From assembly GCA_951406725.2 (NCBI GenBank), contig OX597820.1, positions 45,136,001-45,200,000 on the forward strand: a stretch of DNA of 64,000 bases, read 5' to 3'. This document shows, piece by piece, positions 12,830 through 24,160 of the stretch. The notes below the pieces were generated by a model, which made no database searches, was not told the origin of the DNA, and worked only from the letters and a program-made list of their open reading frames with translations. Position 1 is the first letter of the stretch, and each line of letters starts with the position of its first letter. This stretch comes from Octopus vulgaris. Its lineage: Eukaryota. The translations under genes and the position numbers were made by a program.

Positions 12830-13916
12830 ATGAGGTACTCAGAAAATCGGATGGTTCATATTTACAGCTATTTATTTGTATATTACATTTTTTATACATC
12901 ATATAACTTAGATCATGTATTAGCGCTTTCTCCCATTCTAGTGGGGTTTTCAAATCAAACTAAGTTCCTGTGTGAAAAGTTATGACCATTTTATAGTGGT
13001 ATTGAGTTTGTCGGGGTGGGGAGGAATATAAGACAGTACAAGAGGGTGATGGATGAGGAGAAAGTGAGAGAGAGAGCGTGTGTGTGTGCATGCGTGTGTG
13101 TTTTTGTATTTGGAATGAGTGCTAAAGAAACAGAGGGGAAAGGAGAGGGAAGAAGAAAAAAAGAATTAAAAAAATTTTTTTGCTCTGCTGGACTCCAAGG
13201 GGGGTCTAAGATCTTGGGGAAAAAGAATTTCAGTTTTGACCATTTCATAGTGTTATTGAGTGTGGTGACAGGGAGGTAGACCATAAATTATATTTCTTTT
13301 TATTGTGAGAGAGAGTGTGTGTGTATGTGTGTGTTTTTAATGAGGTATGGTCAAATGGTTTTTTGGGTTTAGAGAAGAGGAATTCTTTTTATGATTGTTT
13401 TGTGGAGATGTGTGGGTGTCTGTGAGTTTGGAGAAGGGAAGAGATGAGGAAAAAGAAAAAAAAAAGGAGGAGGAGGAGGAAGAAGAAATATTTGTGCTGA
13501 TATTTATACCACTATATATATATATATACACATACATATACATAAAATATTAGAAAGAAAACACCTTTTATCAATTCAAAATGAACAATTAAATTACACC
13601 ATCTAGAAAATTGCATATCATAGAAAAGTTAAAATTAAAATGACAATTAAAAAGTTAAGATTAAGTGAATTACAAAAATAATATAATGTATATAATAGGT
13701 AATATATATATATACACATATACTAAGTGCTCCACTATATTAAATTGTAAATTGAAAGATTTGTCCTTCAATGTATGATGAGTAAAATTTCATAAAGTTC
13801 ATACTCTCCTGTGTTGAAGTTACAAATGACAGAATACAAACCGACAACTATTGAGTCTGTTGTCTGATCTTCAACTGATTTAGTCTAATATCACTGATTA
13901 AATAGATATTAAGTTT
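12830..13916 (-). mobile_element. Non-coding downstream region of the Neptune-type PLE (split off by the Gypsy insertion)
   Basis: Reverse complement aligns block by block with 59830-61320, which follows the same PLE ORF end (e.g. 'tgggagaaagcgctaat', 'atgaaccatccgat', 'cattgaaggacaaat'). Confidence 0.7.
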
Positions 13917-14169
13917 TGTAGTATGAACGGTGAAAAGAGTACAACAGAAAAAAGGAAGAATGGAATGTAATTGGGTCTTACCTCGTCGGAGATGAACTTG
14001 GATCGCTTTTAGCCAACTCGCTCGTCCCGTTCCTTCGTCGTGTCTGTGGCCACTGCTCAATGCCGCACGTGCGTTCTGCCTGTCACTTCCGCTTCCGCCG
14101 GCGCATGCGCCCTGCAAGCCCCACTTCCGCTCTCCCCCATCCGTCACACTCCTTCACCATCACACCACA
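13917..14169 (-). repeat. 3' LTR
   Basis: Direct repeat of 17890-18141 with about 4 substitutions and 1 indel by eye. Confidence 0.95.
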
Positions 14170-14437
14170 CGCCCCCCTGATCTATAGATCACTGAACCGG
14201 CTTCCTCACTCGCTCCCGCACCTGAAACTGGTTTCATAATCAGCCAACCAGGGAGGAGGGTGCCGCTCCCTCTGTGGTCGCAGTGCGACCCTAGGACTTG
14301 TTCCTGGCGTGTTGCTGCCGACCTCGTCATCCTGTCTGTTGTTTTCGTCTTGCCCACTGCTGCTTGTCCCATCCTCTGGGGCATGGACAATCCTCCGTAT
14401 GTCCAAAACGTGGCGTGGCATACCATCGACCGAGATG

Positions 14438-17167
14438 TTATTCTTTGAATTTACGGAGGTTATTGTCCCCTTTCCCCATTGCGATGTACACTGTGCGTTT
14501 GGGGCGTTTTACCCAGACTTCCTCCCCGACCTGCACGAAGGCGTGCTCTTCCTCTGCCCCGGGTCGCATTGATGTAGTGCACGGATGTCTCCACTCGTAC
14601 CTGAATATTGCCCTGTGTGGCACCGACTCCTCAGCCTGTCCTGATCTGGCCGACATATTGTACCAAAACACGGCCTCGACTGGTGAAATGTGACCCCTCT
14701 CTGCCATGGCCTTGATGGTACGATGATGCCTTTCCACCACCCCGTTTCCACTTGGCCGGTATGCCGCCCTGAAGAAGCGGTTGACCTTCCACTCATCAAG
14801 CATTTCTCTCACCACATCCGAGCGAAATGCAGTGCCGTTGTCCAGAAGCAGTTCATCCACGGGGCCTCGTTTCAGGAATATCTCATTCAACACTTTCACA
14901 ATTTCTTCTGCGGTTCCCGACTTCATCTCCCTCCATATGGCGAACCGCCCCGGTCTGCAGTCAACCATTGAGAGGTATGTCCCCTGCCGGTAGTGTGTTA
15001 TGTCCACCGCCAGTCGTCTCCAGTTCTGGTCCACTGGAATACTTCCCGCTTCATGCACGACCGGAGCAGGGTCGATGGACTGGCACCTGTCACAACTGCT
15101 AACCACTCTCTGCACGCTCTGTCTTATTACGTCGGAGTCAACTTTTCTGGCTAGGAACAATGTCCTGTCCACACCCATGTGATGCATGGAGTGCAGTCTC
15201 CGTAACTCCGAGTCGCTCAGACGGCACACTGCAGCTACATCCTGCTTCGCATCCTCTGACACCTGCAACCAGGCTCGCTTTACCCTGGTCAGGACGTCTG
15301 CCCTGTTCTTCTCGGAAGGCACAAAGATCACACTCAGCTTCAGATTGAACTCAGTGGTTAGTTCACGCAGTATTCCTAATCGACGCTTTACCAGCATCTC
15401 TGCAGCCCCTTTGGTCCACACCCTCCGCTCATCGGTGATGACTGCTGTCGCCCAACCAAGTACAGTGGCCGAATCAGTCCTGATTTCTATGGTGTGCAAC
15501 CCCCACTTCAAGGCTAGGTTCACCCCCTTCAGCACGGCATCCAACTCCGCCACGTTGATATGATTGCAGTCATCCATCTTCCTGAACCAGGCCGCATCTT
15601 CCACCGTGACACCTCCCACTTCCAAGACAACCCCTATTGCGATGCTACTGGCGTCACACCATACGATCCCGCTCTTTGATTTGGGAACATACCAGCTGCC
15701 CCTCACTGGGTCCTCTGCTCCTACTCTGACCAAGACTTCCTGCATCATGTCGATTGTCCTCTCCCCCACTTTATCATTCCACTTCACTCCTTCGGCTCGT
15801 CTCTTGATGAAGCTACATGCTGTCCGGAGCCAGCCTGCAATCGGGTAGTGTCCCACCAGCTTCCCACACACAGAGAACAGTTCCTGTCTACTCATGCTGG
15901 CGCCCAGTTCAGGGACCTCATTCCCTCGCCGGAACACCAAGGCGCCGGCCTTGTCTCTCCATAGCTTGAGGCCCAGTGCAGCACCTCCCTCCATAGCCTC
16001 TGGCGGCTTGGCGATCAGCCCAAAACTCTTCAGGTGGCCTATGACCTCCGTTGCTGGTATCACGGTTTCATCCACCAGAATGTCGTCGATGTATGAATTG
16101 GTGGCCCTTTTTACTCTGTCCACCTTCCCCAGGATGGCATTGAGAATTGTTGCCATAATCTTCGGCGCTGAGTTCAGCCCGAATCCCAACCTGGTCAGAC
16201 AGTACGTCCGGCCCCTATACCTGACGAGCTGGTACTTCCATAGTTTCTCAGCCACATGCACCTGTAGGTATGCCGACTTTAAATCGACAATCGTGGAGGC
16301 CCCCGTCGTCTGCCTCCACTCTCGCAAGGTGTCTCCGCAGACATCTGTGGCCTCGCCGCCTGTATGACACGACACGTGGTCATTCAGCTCTCGGAAGTCG
16401 AGCACTGGCCTGACCTTACGCTTTGTGGGCTGTATCACCGCCATCAGTGGCAGGACTCCGCTCTCTTCTTTTTCCCAGGGGATCAGTATGCCCTCCTTAA
16501 TCCATCGCTCTACCTCCCCCTCGAACTCACTTCTGGCATCTCCTTTTAGAGTATGCTGATAGCAGCCCACTTTATTCTTTAACATCGGGGGCTCTCCCTT
16601 CCAGTGCCACTCCACTGTCCACCTCTTGCCATCAAAGACAGCCCGAAAATCCTGGTCTTCAATGGTGTGCGCCGCATCCTTTTCCTCACGGTTGTCGTCG
16701 GTGCGCGGTCTCGCCCTACACGGTTTCCCCGCTAACCCAAACGTTACGCCAGCCTCGTTGACGGTGACACCTCCCAAACGGGTGATTGCATCCATCCCCA
16801 TCACCACGTCAATCTCGTCCACCAAGTGACCAACCACAATTGCTCGCAACGTCAGCTGTAGTCCCTGCACCACAATCTGCGCATCCGTAACCCCTTCGCA
16901 GTGAACTTCTCTTCCGTCAACTGCCCTAACACTGCTTCCTCCACTCCACGTCTCTGCCACTTCTGTGGTCATCAGGGTCGTTGTACAGCCCGTGTCCACC
17001 AGGGCTCGCGACATCTTCCCCTTCACCAGAATGTCGACCACAGGTAGCGATGATAAACGCGCCGCTACTAATCCAAAGGGACAACTACCGGCGCAGTAGT
17101 CTCCCGCGGTCTGTTTCCCCGCAGAGACTCGCTGGCTACATGCCCTGGCTCTCGACACCGGTAGCAA
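14438..17167 (-). CDS. pol: Gypsy-type Pol polyprotein (protease, RT, RNase H, integrase); C-terminal tail frameshifted near 14500, continuing to ~14206
   Basis: LVDTGC; DLKSAY, FGLNSAP, YIDD; CDAS/AELDAV/TDS; H-x3-H...CDRC, LAVD, DNG..F, VERHHRTIK. Confidence 0.92.
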   Translation of the reverse strand: MLPVSRARACSQRVSAGKQTAGDYCAGSCPFGLVAARLSSLPVVDILVKGKMSRALVDTGCTTTLMTTEVAETWSGGSSVRAVDGREVHCEGVTDAQIVVQGLQLTLRAIVVGHLVDEIDVVMGMDAITRLGGVTVNEAGVTFGLAGKPCRARPRTDDNREEKDAAHTIEDQDFRAVFDGKRWTVEWHWKGEPPMLKNKVGCYQHTLKGDARSEFEGEVERWIKEGILIPWEKEESGVLPLMAVIQPTKRKVRPVLDFRELNDHVSCHTGGEATDVCGDTLREWRQTTGASTIVDLKSAYLQVHVAEKLWKYQLVRYRGRTYCLTRLGFGLNSAPKIMATILNAILGKVDRVKRATNSYIDDILVDETVIPATEVIGHLKSFGLIAKPPEAMEGGAALGLKLWRDKAGALVFRRGNEVPELGASMSRQELFSVCGKLVGHYPIAGWLRTACSFIKRRAEGVKWNDKVGERTIDMMQEVLVRVGAEDPVRGSWYVPKSKSGIVWCDASSIAIGVVLEVGGVTVEDAAWFRKMDDCNHINVAELDAVLKGVNLALKWGLHTIEIRTDSATVLGWATAVITDERRVWTKGAAEMLVKRRLGILRELTTEFNLKLSVIFVPSEKNRADVLTRVKRAWLQVSEDAKQDVAAVCRLSDSELRRLHSMHHMGVDRTLFLARKVDSDVIRQSVQRVVSSCDRCQSIDPAPVVHEAGSIPVDQNWRRLAVDITHYRQGTYLSMVDCRPGRFAIWREMKSGTAEEIVKVLNEIFLKRGPVDELLLDNGTAFRSDVVREMLDEWKVNRFFRAAYRPSGNGVVERHHRTIKAMAERGHISPVEAVFWYNMSARSGQAEESVPHRAIFRYEWRHPCTTSMRPGAEEEHAFVQVGEEVWVKRPKRTVYIAMGKGDNNLRKFKE

Positions 17168-17823
17168 ATCACCTCAGGCTTGGGCGACGCGCAGTCATGG
17201 ACCATGTGTGGGCCTTGGCACCGGAAACACTGTCCTTTGAACGGTCGCACGCGTTCTTTCCTCAGCCCCTCCCCGCTGCTCCTAGCTGGGCCACTTTTCG
17301 ACGTTACAGTCGCTGCTACCAACGTCAACCTGCTGCACGAAACCAGTACACGTGCCCGCGATATGATATCGGCCATCGGCATCGAACGCACGTTCGGGAG
17401 CTCCTGTAGCTCGACCGACATGATGTCGGGAAAGCCGGTCACAAACGCTAACCTAACCGTTCGTTCTAGCGACTCTCCCTCATAACCCGCCAGTTTAGCC
17501 AATCTTCTAAGCTCATTGGCGAACACATCCACCTGTTGCCCAGTCCATCTCATTCTACCCAGCCGAGCGTACACTTCAAACATTCCTTCCGCAAAGGCCT
17601 CCATAAGTCGGATTTCCACTTTATCTGCGCTGAGTTGGTCTGTCTCCTCCATCTCTAAATATAACGCCAACGCTGGGCCATCCAAATACAACGGCATGAA
17701 ACTCGCTAGGTCAGCTATACCGTGGAGCTTCGCCACCAACTTCACTCTCTTCAACCAAGCGACCACATCAGTGTCGCCGCAAAACGGTGTTATAGGCTCG
17801 CGTGAAACCAGAGCACTCTGCAT
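17068..17823 (-). CDS. gag: Gag with zinc knuckles
   Basis: CFRCQGPHMVHDC plus a degenerate second knuckle CYRCREPGHVASES; overlaps pol in the -1 frame. Confidence 0.88.
   Translation of the reverse strand: MQSALVSREPITPFCGDTDVVAWLKRVKLVAKLHGIADLASFMPLYLDGPALALYLEMEETDQLSADKVEIRLMEAFAEGMFEVYARLGRMRWTGQQVDVFANELRRLAKLAGYEGESLERTVRLAFVTGFPDIMSVELQELPNVRSMPMADIISRARVLVSCSRLTLVAATVTSKSGPARSSGEGLRKERVRPFKGQCFRCQGPHMVHDCASPKPEVICYRCREPGHVASESLRGNRPRETTAPVVVPLD
17078..17119 (-). promoter_or_regulatory. -1 programmed ribosomal frameshift signal
   Basis: G_GGA_AAC heptamer in the gag frame, 7-nt spacer, hairpin gggagactac-tgcgccg-gtagttgtccc. Confidence 0.75.
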
Positions 17824-17889
17824 AATTTTCTATTTTTATGAAACTGAGTGATTATTTGCTGGTCCCAGTGATTATTTGCCGAAATAGCT

Positions 17890-18141
17890 TGTAGTATGAA
17901 CGGTGAAAAGAGTACAACAGAAAAAGGAAGAATGGAATGTAATTGGGTCTTACCTCGTCGGAGATGAACTTGGGTCGCTTTTAGCCAACTCGCTCGTCTC
18001 GTTCCTTCGTCGTGTCTGTGGCCACTGCTCAATGCCGCACGTGCGTTCTGCCTGTCACTTCCGCTTCCGCCGGCGCATGCGCCCTGCAAGCCCCACTTCC
18101 GCTCTCCCCCATCCGTCACACCCCTTCACCACCACACCACA
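17890..18141 (-). repeat. 5' LTR
   Basis: Direct repeat of 13917-14169. Confidence 0.95.
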
Positions 18142-19923
18142 AGTTTTATCATACAGGAGCAACTGGTTCCACAAATCAAAGTGAAATGGTTTCATTCAAA
18201 TATTAGAATATTCTTTGTTCAATGTTGTATTTTCCAAAAAACCAAAGCATGTGTAGAACTGTGTGTGTTTAATACAGTCCATACTTGAAAAAGAGACTTT
18301 CTTGTGTTGAATTTATAAATGATAGAATACAAATTGACAACTACTGAGTCTGTTGTCTGATCTTCAATTGATTTAGTCTAATATCTCACTGATTGACAGT
18401 TAAATAAATATTAAGCTTTATCATACAGGAGCAACTGGTTCCACAAATTAAAGTGAAATGGTTTCATTCAAATATTAGAATATCCTTTGTTCAATGTTGT
18501 ATTTTCCAAAAAATCAAAGCATGTGTAGAACTGTGTGTGTGTGTGTTTAATACAGTTTACTTAGCAAATTTGGTCCTTCATCTGGTACAGCTTATTATAG
18601 AGATATTTTCAGCCATTTAATTTGGGGGAGAACTTAGCTATGAAATATTTTTCCATATTCCTCCTGAAAGAGGTGTCGTTCTTCGGACATTTGTAGAAGG
18701 GAAAGATCTTAAATTTTCCTTCTCCACATGTAGCTAGGTGTGTACTTAGTGGTATCTTGCGTAGTTCTTCCTGCTGACCATGTCGGTGAATCCTGGCTCG
18801 CTGGCACAAAGAATTACCAGTTTCACCTATGTAATCCTCCTTGCACGTGGGGCATGTTATGCAGTATATAACGTTCTGCGTCTTGCTGTTCATATCTGCA
18901 TTTACTTCAAATACATAACCACTTTTAAATTTCATCGCTTTGTCTCCCTCTATGTATTTGTAGGTGGGGTTGCTGCAGATCCCACATCTACCATTTCCGC
19001 ACATTTTTGCAAAGAATTCAGTTTTAGTTTCTGAAGAGAATTTCGCTCTTGTTAGATGTTTCTTTAGGTTTTTGTCTTGTCGTCTACTGTTTTTTATGCA
19101 ATATTTGTTTAGTATGTTTTCCATTTTGGGGCTTTGTAAGGCTATTGGCAGGTTTGAATGTATGATTTGGAACATGTTGGTAACTCCAGAGTTGTGCGTG
19201 TTTATGAAAGGGATAATGTTTTCTTTGTTTTTTGTTTTGGGTGTCCTGAGTTGTGCAATGTCTAGTTTCATTGCTCTTGTGATTCCATTTTCTATTAGTT
19301 TAAGGGGGTATTTTTGCTCTAGTAGGAAGTTTTTAAGTTCATCTAGTCTTATTAGTTGTGTTTGTTTGTCAGTTACTATGCTACATATTCGTCTTGCCAT
19401 ACTATATGGGATGTTGCTTTTTGTGTGGGATGGGTGGCAGGAGGGGAAATTTAAATATTGGTGTGTGTCGGTTTTTTTGTAGTGGATGTCTGTTGTGATG
19501 ATGGAGTTGTGTATTTTGATGTTGATGTCTTGGAAGGGAAGTTCGTTGTGGCTGGTATCTATTGTGAAGTTGATAGATGGGTGCAGCGTGTTGAGGATGT
19601 TGTGGAATGTTTTTCGGCACTGTATTTGGAATGTGTGTGAGGAAGTCTGTCATCCCTTATGTAGCTTGGTATCTGTGGGCATAAAGGTTTGAGGAGTACA
19701 TCTATGAAGTGGCTTAGTTGTTGTGTTGGTGCCTGGGATCCTGCCACTATTGGTCTCATTGTGAGGTCTCCAGGCCTTTGTATTCTTATATAGTGGTTCC
19801 TCTGTTCCTTTATGGCTCTCTGTATTTCAGAGCTTTTATGAATTTTAGGTAATCCATAAAAGTTGCTATCTTTGGTTCTTGAGTTGCATAGATAGAATTT
19901 CTCCTTATCTGTAAAGGAGTCCT

Positions 19924-19925
<2 letters not shown>
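18142..19925 (-). mobile_element. Penelope-like element, probably Neptune clade, 5'-truncated with an internal RT deletion
   Basis: 'FYGLPKIHK', 'MRPIVAG', 'SYIRD'; frameshifted 'LNTLHPSINFT..LPFQDI'; 'CGNGRCGIC' and GIY-YIG 'NVIYCITCPTCKEDYIGET' (ORF 18609-19400). Confidence 0.88.
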
Positions 19926-19965
<40 letters not shown>

Positions 19966-19967
<2 letters not shown>

Positions 19968-21285
19968 GTTTGTCCTTCGGGTTCGAAGATGACCATTGAC
20001 ATCATTTAGTGGAATTGCTGCTATGAGACCGGAGCTGGCTGGTGAGGCCAATCCGAGCAAGAAAGCCCCTCCCACAGGTGGGGCAGAGTGGGTAGGGGCT
20101 GTGCTATTGGTGCAGGTGGCTCTGGCTTTCTGCATTTGGCGTTTCTGTTCTGCTGACTGAATCCGTCTCTCCTCGGCTGTCTTTGCTCCTGTGGTGATTG
20201 CGCTGCGCCAGGATGAGCGGTTGGCAGCAAGTGTTTGCCAAGTCTCTGTGCCGATGGAGAAGTCTTTGAGAGAGACTTTGAGACTGTCCTTGAAGCGCTT
20301 CTTCTGCCCTCCGACTTTGTGTTTGTCCTGGCAGAGTTCACTGTAGAAGAGCTGTTTTGGGATGCGAGTGTCGGATATGCGGGAGACGTGGCCTGCCCAT
20401 CTCAGCTGGGCCTTGCGCATGATCGTGATGGTGCTAGGGAGATCTGCCTGCTTCAGAACTTCCGTGTCTGGGACTTTGTCCTGCCAGCGGATGTGAAGGA
20501 GGTTCCGAAGACACCTGAGGTGAAAGTGGTTTATCTGCTGCTCGTGCCTTCGGTAAGCAGTCCACGTCTCGCAGCCGTATAGTAGGGTGGTAAGCACGAC
20601 TGCCCGGTAGACTTTCAGCTTGGTGTTGAGGCTGATTCCTCTCCGCTCCCAGACTTTCTTTCGCAGTCTCCCAAACGCGCTGCTTGCCTTGGATATTCTG
20701 TTGATGATTTCAGCATCTACGTTGGCATTGCAGGAGAGAGTGCTGCCCAGGTAGGTAAAGTTTTCCACCGCTCGGTCACTCAGGAGGCTGCCGGACTCCA
20801 TTGCTGCCTCAGTTCAGTGAGGGGCGACCACATGTCCTGAGCCGCCTGTGTGTGGGTTCACGACTTTGTGATGTTGGTGTCGTGATGTCATGACGTGCGC
20901 GTGACTTGGATTATAGTGAGGGTGACTTGCACAGGATCAGCCTCACTCTCTCGTCCTGGTGCGCCGGATCCAGTGGCAAGACAAAGTCAAGACGGCTGGG
21001 GGTAGACCAGGATGCAGAAGCTGCCGGAAGGTGGCATGCAAGGCGCAATCCAACCGCCTTAGGGGCTCCACTCCGGATTTATGTAGGTTTTTGGATGGCC
21101 ATTGACTCGTGAGAGAATTCCTCTGCCCTTTGACAGGTTTTGTTTTTAGTCCTGCTGGGTGTCCAAATCACCCTCCTCACCAAGAAATCGTGGTGGGGTT
21201 GCCAGTTTCGTCGCCAACGACCCGACCATGTAACAGGTTGTACTGGGTTACATGTTACCAGTAGCTCCAAGCGGAGACCTGACAC
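19966..21285 (-). mobile_element. RTE-clade (BovB-like) LINE with a large internal deletion, in a (TA)n tract
   Basis: 'FTYLGSTLS', 'KLKVYRAVVLTTLLYGCETW', 'LRWAGHV', 'PKQLFY.EL'; GC-rich 5' region joined near 20770. Confidence 0.85.
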
Positions 21286-21398
21286 AATATATATATATAT
21301 ATATATATGATGATGATGATGATATATATACATACACACACACACACACACGTATATATATATATATACATACACACATACACACACGTATATATGTA

Positions 21399-21453
<55 letters not shown>

Positions 21454-21462
21454 GTATATATG

Positions 21463-21506
<44 letters not shown>

Positions 21507-21624
21507 TAATTTTCTTTCGAAACACACAGATAGCATAGAAGTGCTCAAGTTGAACCTGAGGTTTTGGATAAGTATAATGGATACAATAGCAAAAGTTCAA
21601 ATCAGACAAACTATGTTTAACATA

Positions 21625-22632
21625 TTGGGCATTACTCTGATTATGGAGGCTTTTAAGGATTCTTTGGTGTTATGAGGGTGCTCATTAACCTCTTTCTCAA
21701 TTACGCATCATATGTAATAGTCCAGTGGATCGAGATCTGGGAAGCCAGGAGGTCAAATGTTGTGGGTTGTGTAGTCACGAAAATTTTCCGCCATCAATTC
21801 CTGCATTGCTGTAGTCTTGTATGTTGGCGCTGAGTCTTGTTGAAGCACATAGTCTTCCATTGCATACATTATCGACCCATGGCTTAACCACTGCATTCAG
21901 AACATGTATGTAGGCAGCAGAGTTTAATTGAAGGCCTTGTGGAAAGCAGTGAAGTGGCATCACGTTCTTCATTGCTGACAACTCCCAAAACCATGACAGT
22001 TGCAGGAAATTTTGTATGCGTTACTCTTGGAACTTCAAAAGGGTCTGCACATAGCCATCTGTCATTTCTTCTGTTTATTTTCTGATCTTGGTCAAAGTTT
22101 TTCTCGTCTGAGGAGAACCAAATATCTTTATGCTGGGTTTTTAAGTTTGTTTGGGAGTCTTTTAGATCTGCTTAAACAATTTTCTTTCACTGTTTCTGAC
22201 ATGAAATGACTTTTTCTCATCACATAAGATTTGTATCTGATATCTTTGTGGACAACATTTCGGATTGTTCCTTCTGGCACATGGTGTTTTTTTGCAATCA
22301 GTCTCATAGGTCTTCTGGGATTGTCATCAATGGTCTGCTTTACTTGTTGAATAAATTCTGGTGTTCTAATAGTATCAGTGCAATAGATTTCTGTTTTTGT
22401 CTCCAACTCCTTAGGAATTTTGTAGACGAAGGATCTAGTGACTTTTAAAAATCGTGCTATTTCTAAATTGCTATGTTTAGCCTTTATAGCCATGATCACT
22501 GTGAGCCTCTTCATTTCTTGTGTAATCCTAGGGTCTGCCATTGATAATTATGAAATATAAAAAGTATTAAGTTGATACATATGCTGCTATAGTAAAAATT
22601 AACATATGTCCTCAAAAACCTTACACACCCTG
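21625..22632 (-). mobile_element. Tc1/mariner superfamily transposon, maT/DD37D-like, degraded and lacking its 3' end
   Basis: TA-CAGGGTG terminus at 22632; HTH N-terminus; 'SDEKNF', 'QQDSAP'-like and 'PDLDPLDY' motifs across frameshifts. Confidence 0.8.
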
Positions 22633-22660
22633 TATGCGTGTATATATATATATATATATA

Positions 22661-22811
22661 GTGGTTGGCGTTAGGAAGGGCATCCAGCCTTAGAAACACT
22701 GCCAGATCTGACTGGGCCTGATGAAGCCTTCCAGCTTCACAGACCCCAGTTGAACCGTCCAACCCATGCTAGCATGGAGAATGGACGCTAAATGATGATG
22801 ATGATGATGAT
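22661..22811 (+). mobile_element. SINE 3' portion with (GAT)n tail
   Basis: 'gtggttggcgttaggaagggcatccagc...ccaacccatgctagcatgga...atgatgatg'; same family in reverse at 57296-57450. Confidence 0.8.
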
Positions 22812-22935
22812 ATATAAAATTGTAAAAAGTGAAAAAACTACAGAAGGCTTGTTTTAAAAGGTTAAAAAATATATATTTGAGTCATTATGTTAGAAGAATG
22901 TTATAAATTTTTTTTATACAATGACATAGTTTTTG

Positions 22936-22975
22936 AAGAAATGACCGGTTTCGCGTTCAGCTTTTCAAATTTCTT
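22936..22975 (-). ncRNA. Minimal type I hammerhead ribozyme, U3-A8 core variant
   Basis: aagaaat-TTGAAAA-gc tgaac gc-GAAAC cg GTC-atttctt; perfect 7-bp stem I, palindromic stem III (ACCGGT), GUC site. Confidence 0.75.
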
Positions 22976-23101
22976 ACATCGAGTCAGTATTGAAGGAACC
23001 AGAAAAAACTATTAGTAACAGAAAAACACAAAACTGTATTTCTCTCTGTAAATTATGAAATTACTTACATCAGTAATTGTGAACTTCTTTCTGTCAGTAA
23101 T

Positions 23102-23400
23102 TTATCGTTGTTTGCTTGTACTTAGAAAATCCGCACCTAAAATAGGATGCTGAATGTCAGCAATGATAAAAACCCATTGAAAATCTCGACAAAGATTAAT
23201 GTCAAGGCGTAAAGAGATCTGACTGAATGTGGCTATTGGTGACAAATCAATAGCGTGCAATGTAACATTAGATCGTTTTGGCCTGTCGGTTGTGAGACGC
23301 AGAGGCCAAATGCTGCAACAAGAACCAGTGTCCACCATGAAGTTTTTCTTCAACACTTGATCCTTGACGAAAAATGCATGATAACTAGAAAATGATGTGG
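23102..23400 (-). mobile_element. Gypsy aspartic protease fragment
   Basis: 'FMVDTGSCCSIWP...WVFIIADIQHPILGADFL'. Confidence 0.75.
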
Positions 23401-23929
23401 AGGAAGTTGACGTGCTCAAATTCTCCGAAGCTAGTTTAAAGGTTTATAGGTGCATGGCTGTATGCACTTATGTGCTTTCTCTCCAAAATTGGAGTGATAC
23501 CAACACAGTTCGGACTTTGACTGTGTGGAACGTGACGATGAACGGCTGCGACTCCGCGATCTTGAAAATCGCTTGCCATCGCGTCCATCCTTTTGGTGAG
23601 ACTTTCTATTTGTTTAGAAAGTCCTTCAAAATGTCATCGTATAAAATGTTTACAATAGTTGATTTATGGAAAAGATTATAATGTTAAATTGTTTAATTGT
23701 ATATATAAAAAGAAAAGAGAGAATTCTTTCATTTGTATATAAAGAAATAGAAAGATTTTTTTCTTTTTTTATGTATCATATTTTAACAGATCATATTTTT
23801 TTCTCATTATCATCATCATTGTTTGATTTTTTACTATTTTTTTTAACCGTTCAATTTTGGGCTAAATTTTTCTATAATATGCAGTTCCATAGCTTTACGG
23901 TATTCTGGGTCATTCCATGAGCATTTGTG

Positions 23930-24160
23930 GAATGAAATTTCTTCCACTGAAGAAATCTTCAATAATCACGCACCATATTATAATGAAGCACTCACCACTA
24001 ACGCTAGTGTGATGGTTGAATATTTTGCCGTACACTCCATTTTCAGGGAAGCAGCAATCAAATACAGTAAAAAATTGTTTCATGATCTTAGATGACATGT
24101 TGGACTATCAAATTGGGTTATACTAAAGGACGACATAGTTTTTATATTTTTGGTTAGGTC
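23930..24160. mobile_element. Two small Naiad-type PLE fragments in opposite orientation
   Basis: Plus strand 'ISSTEEIFNNHAPYYNEAL'; minus strand 'YNP...SSKIMKQFFTVFDCCFPENGVYGKIFNHHT'; both resemble segments of the PLE at 8.4-9.9 kb. Confidence 0.5.

Larger units (their letters stand above)
13917..18141 (-). mobile_element. Near-intact Ty3/Gypsy-type LTR retrotransposon (4.2 kb)
   Basis: TG...CA LTRs, 5-bp TSD agttt (13912-13916 / 18142-18146), purine tract 'aggggggcg' before the 3' LTR, domain order gag-PR-RT-RH-IN. Confidence 0.95.

Noticed and set aside
14260-17851. Many + strand ORFs inside the LTR element
   Set aside because: Antisense shadows of the GC-rich gag/pol frames
23590-23631. 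Strong hairpin gactttcta/tagaaagtc as a further hammerhead
   Set aside because: No correctly placed GAAA and core on either strand
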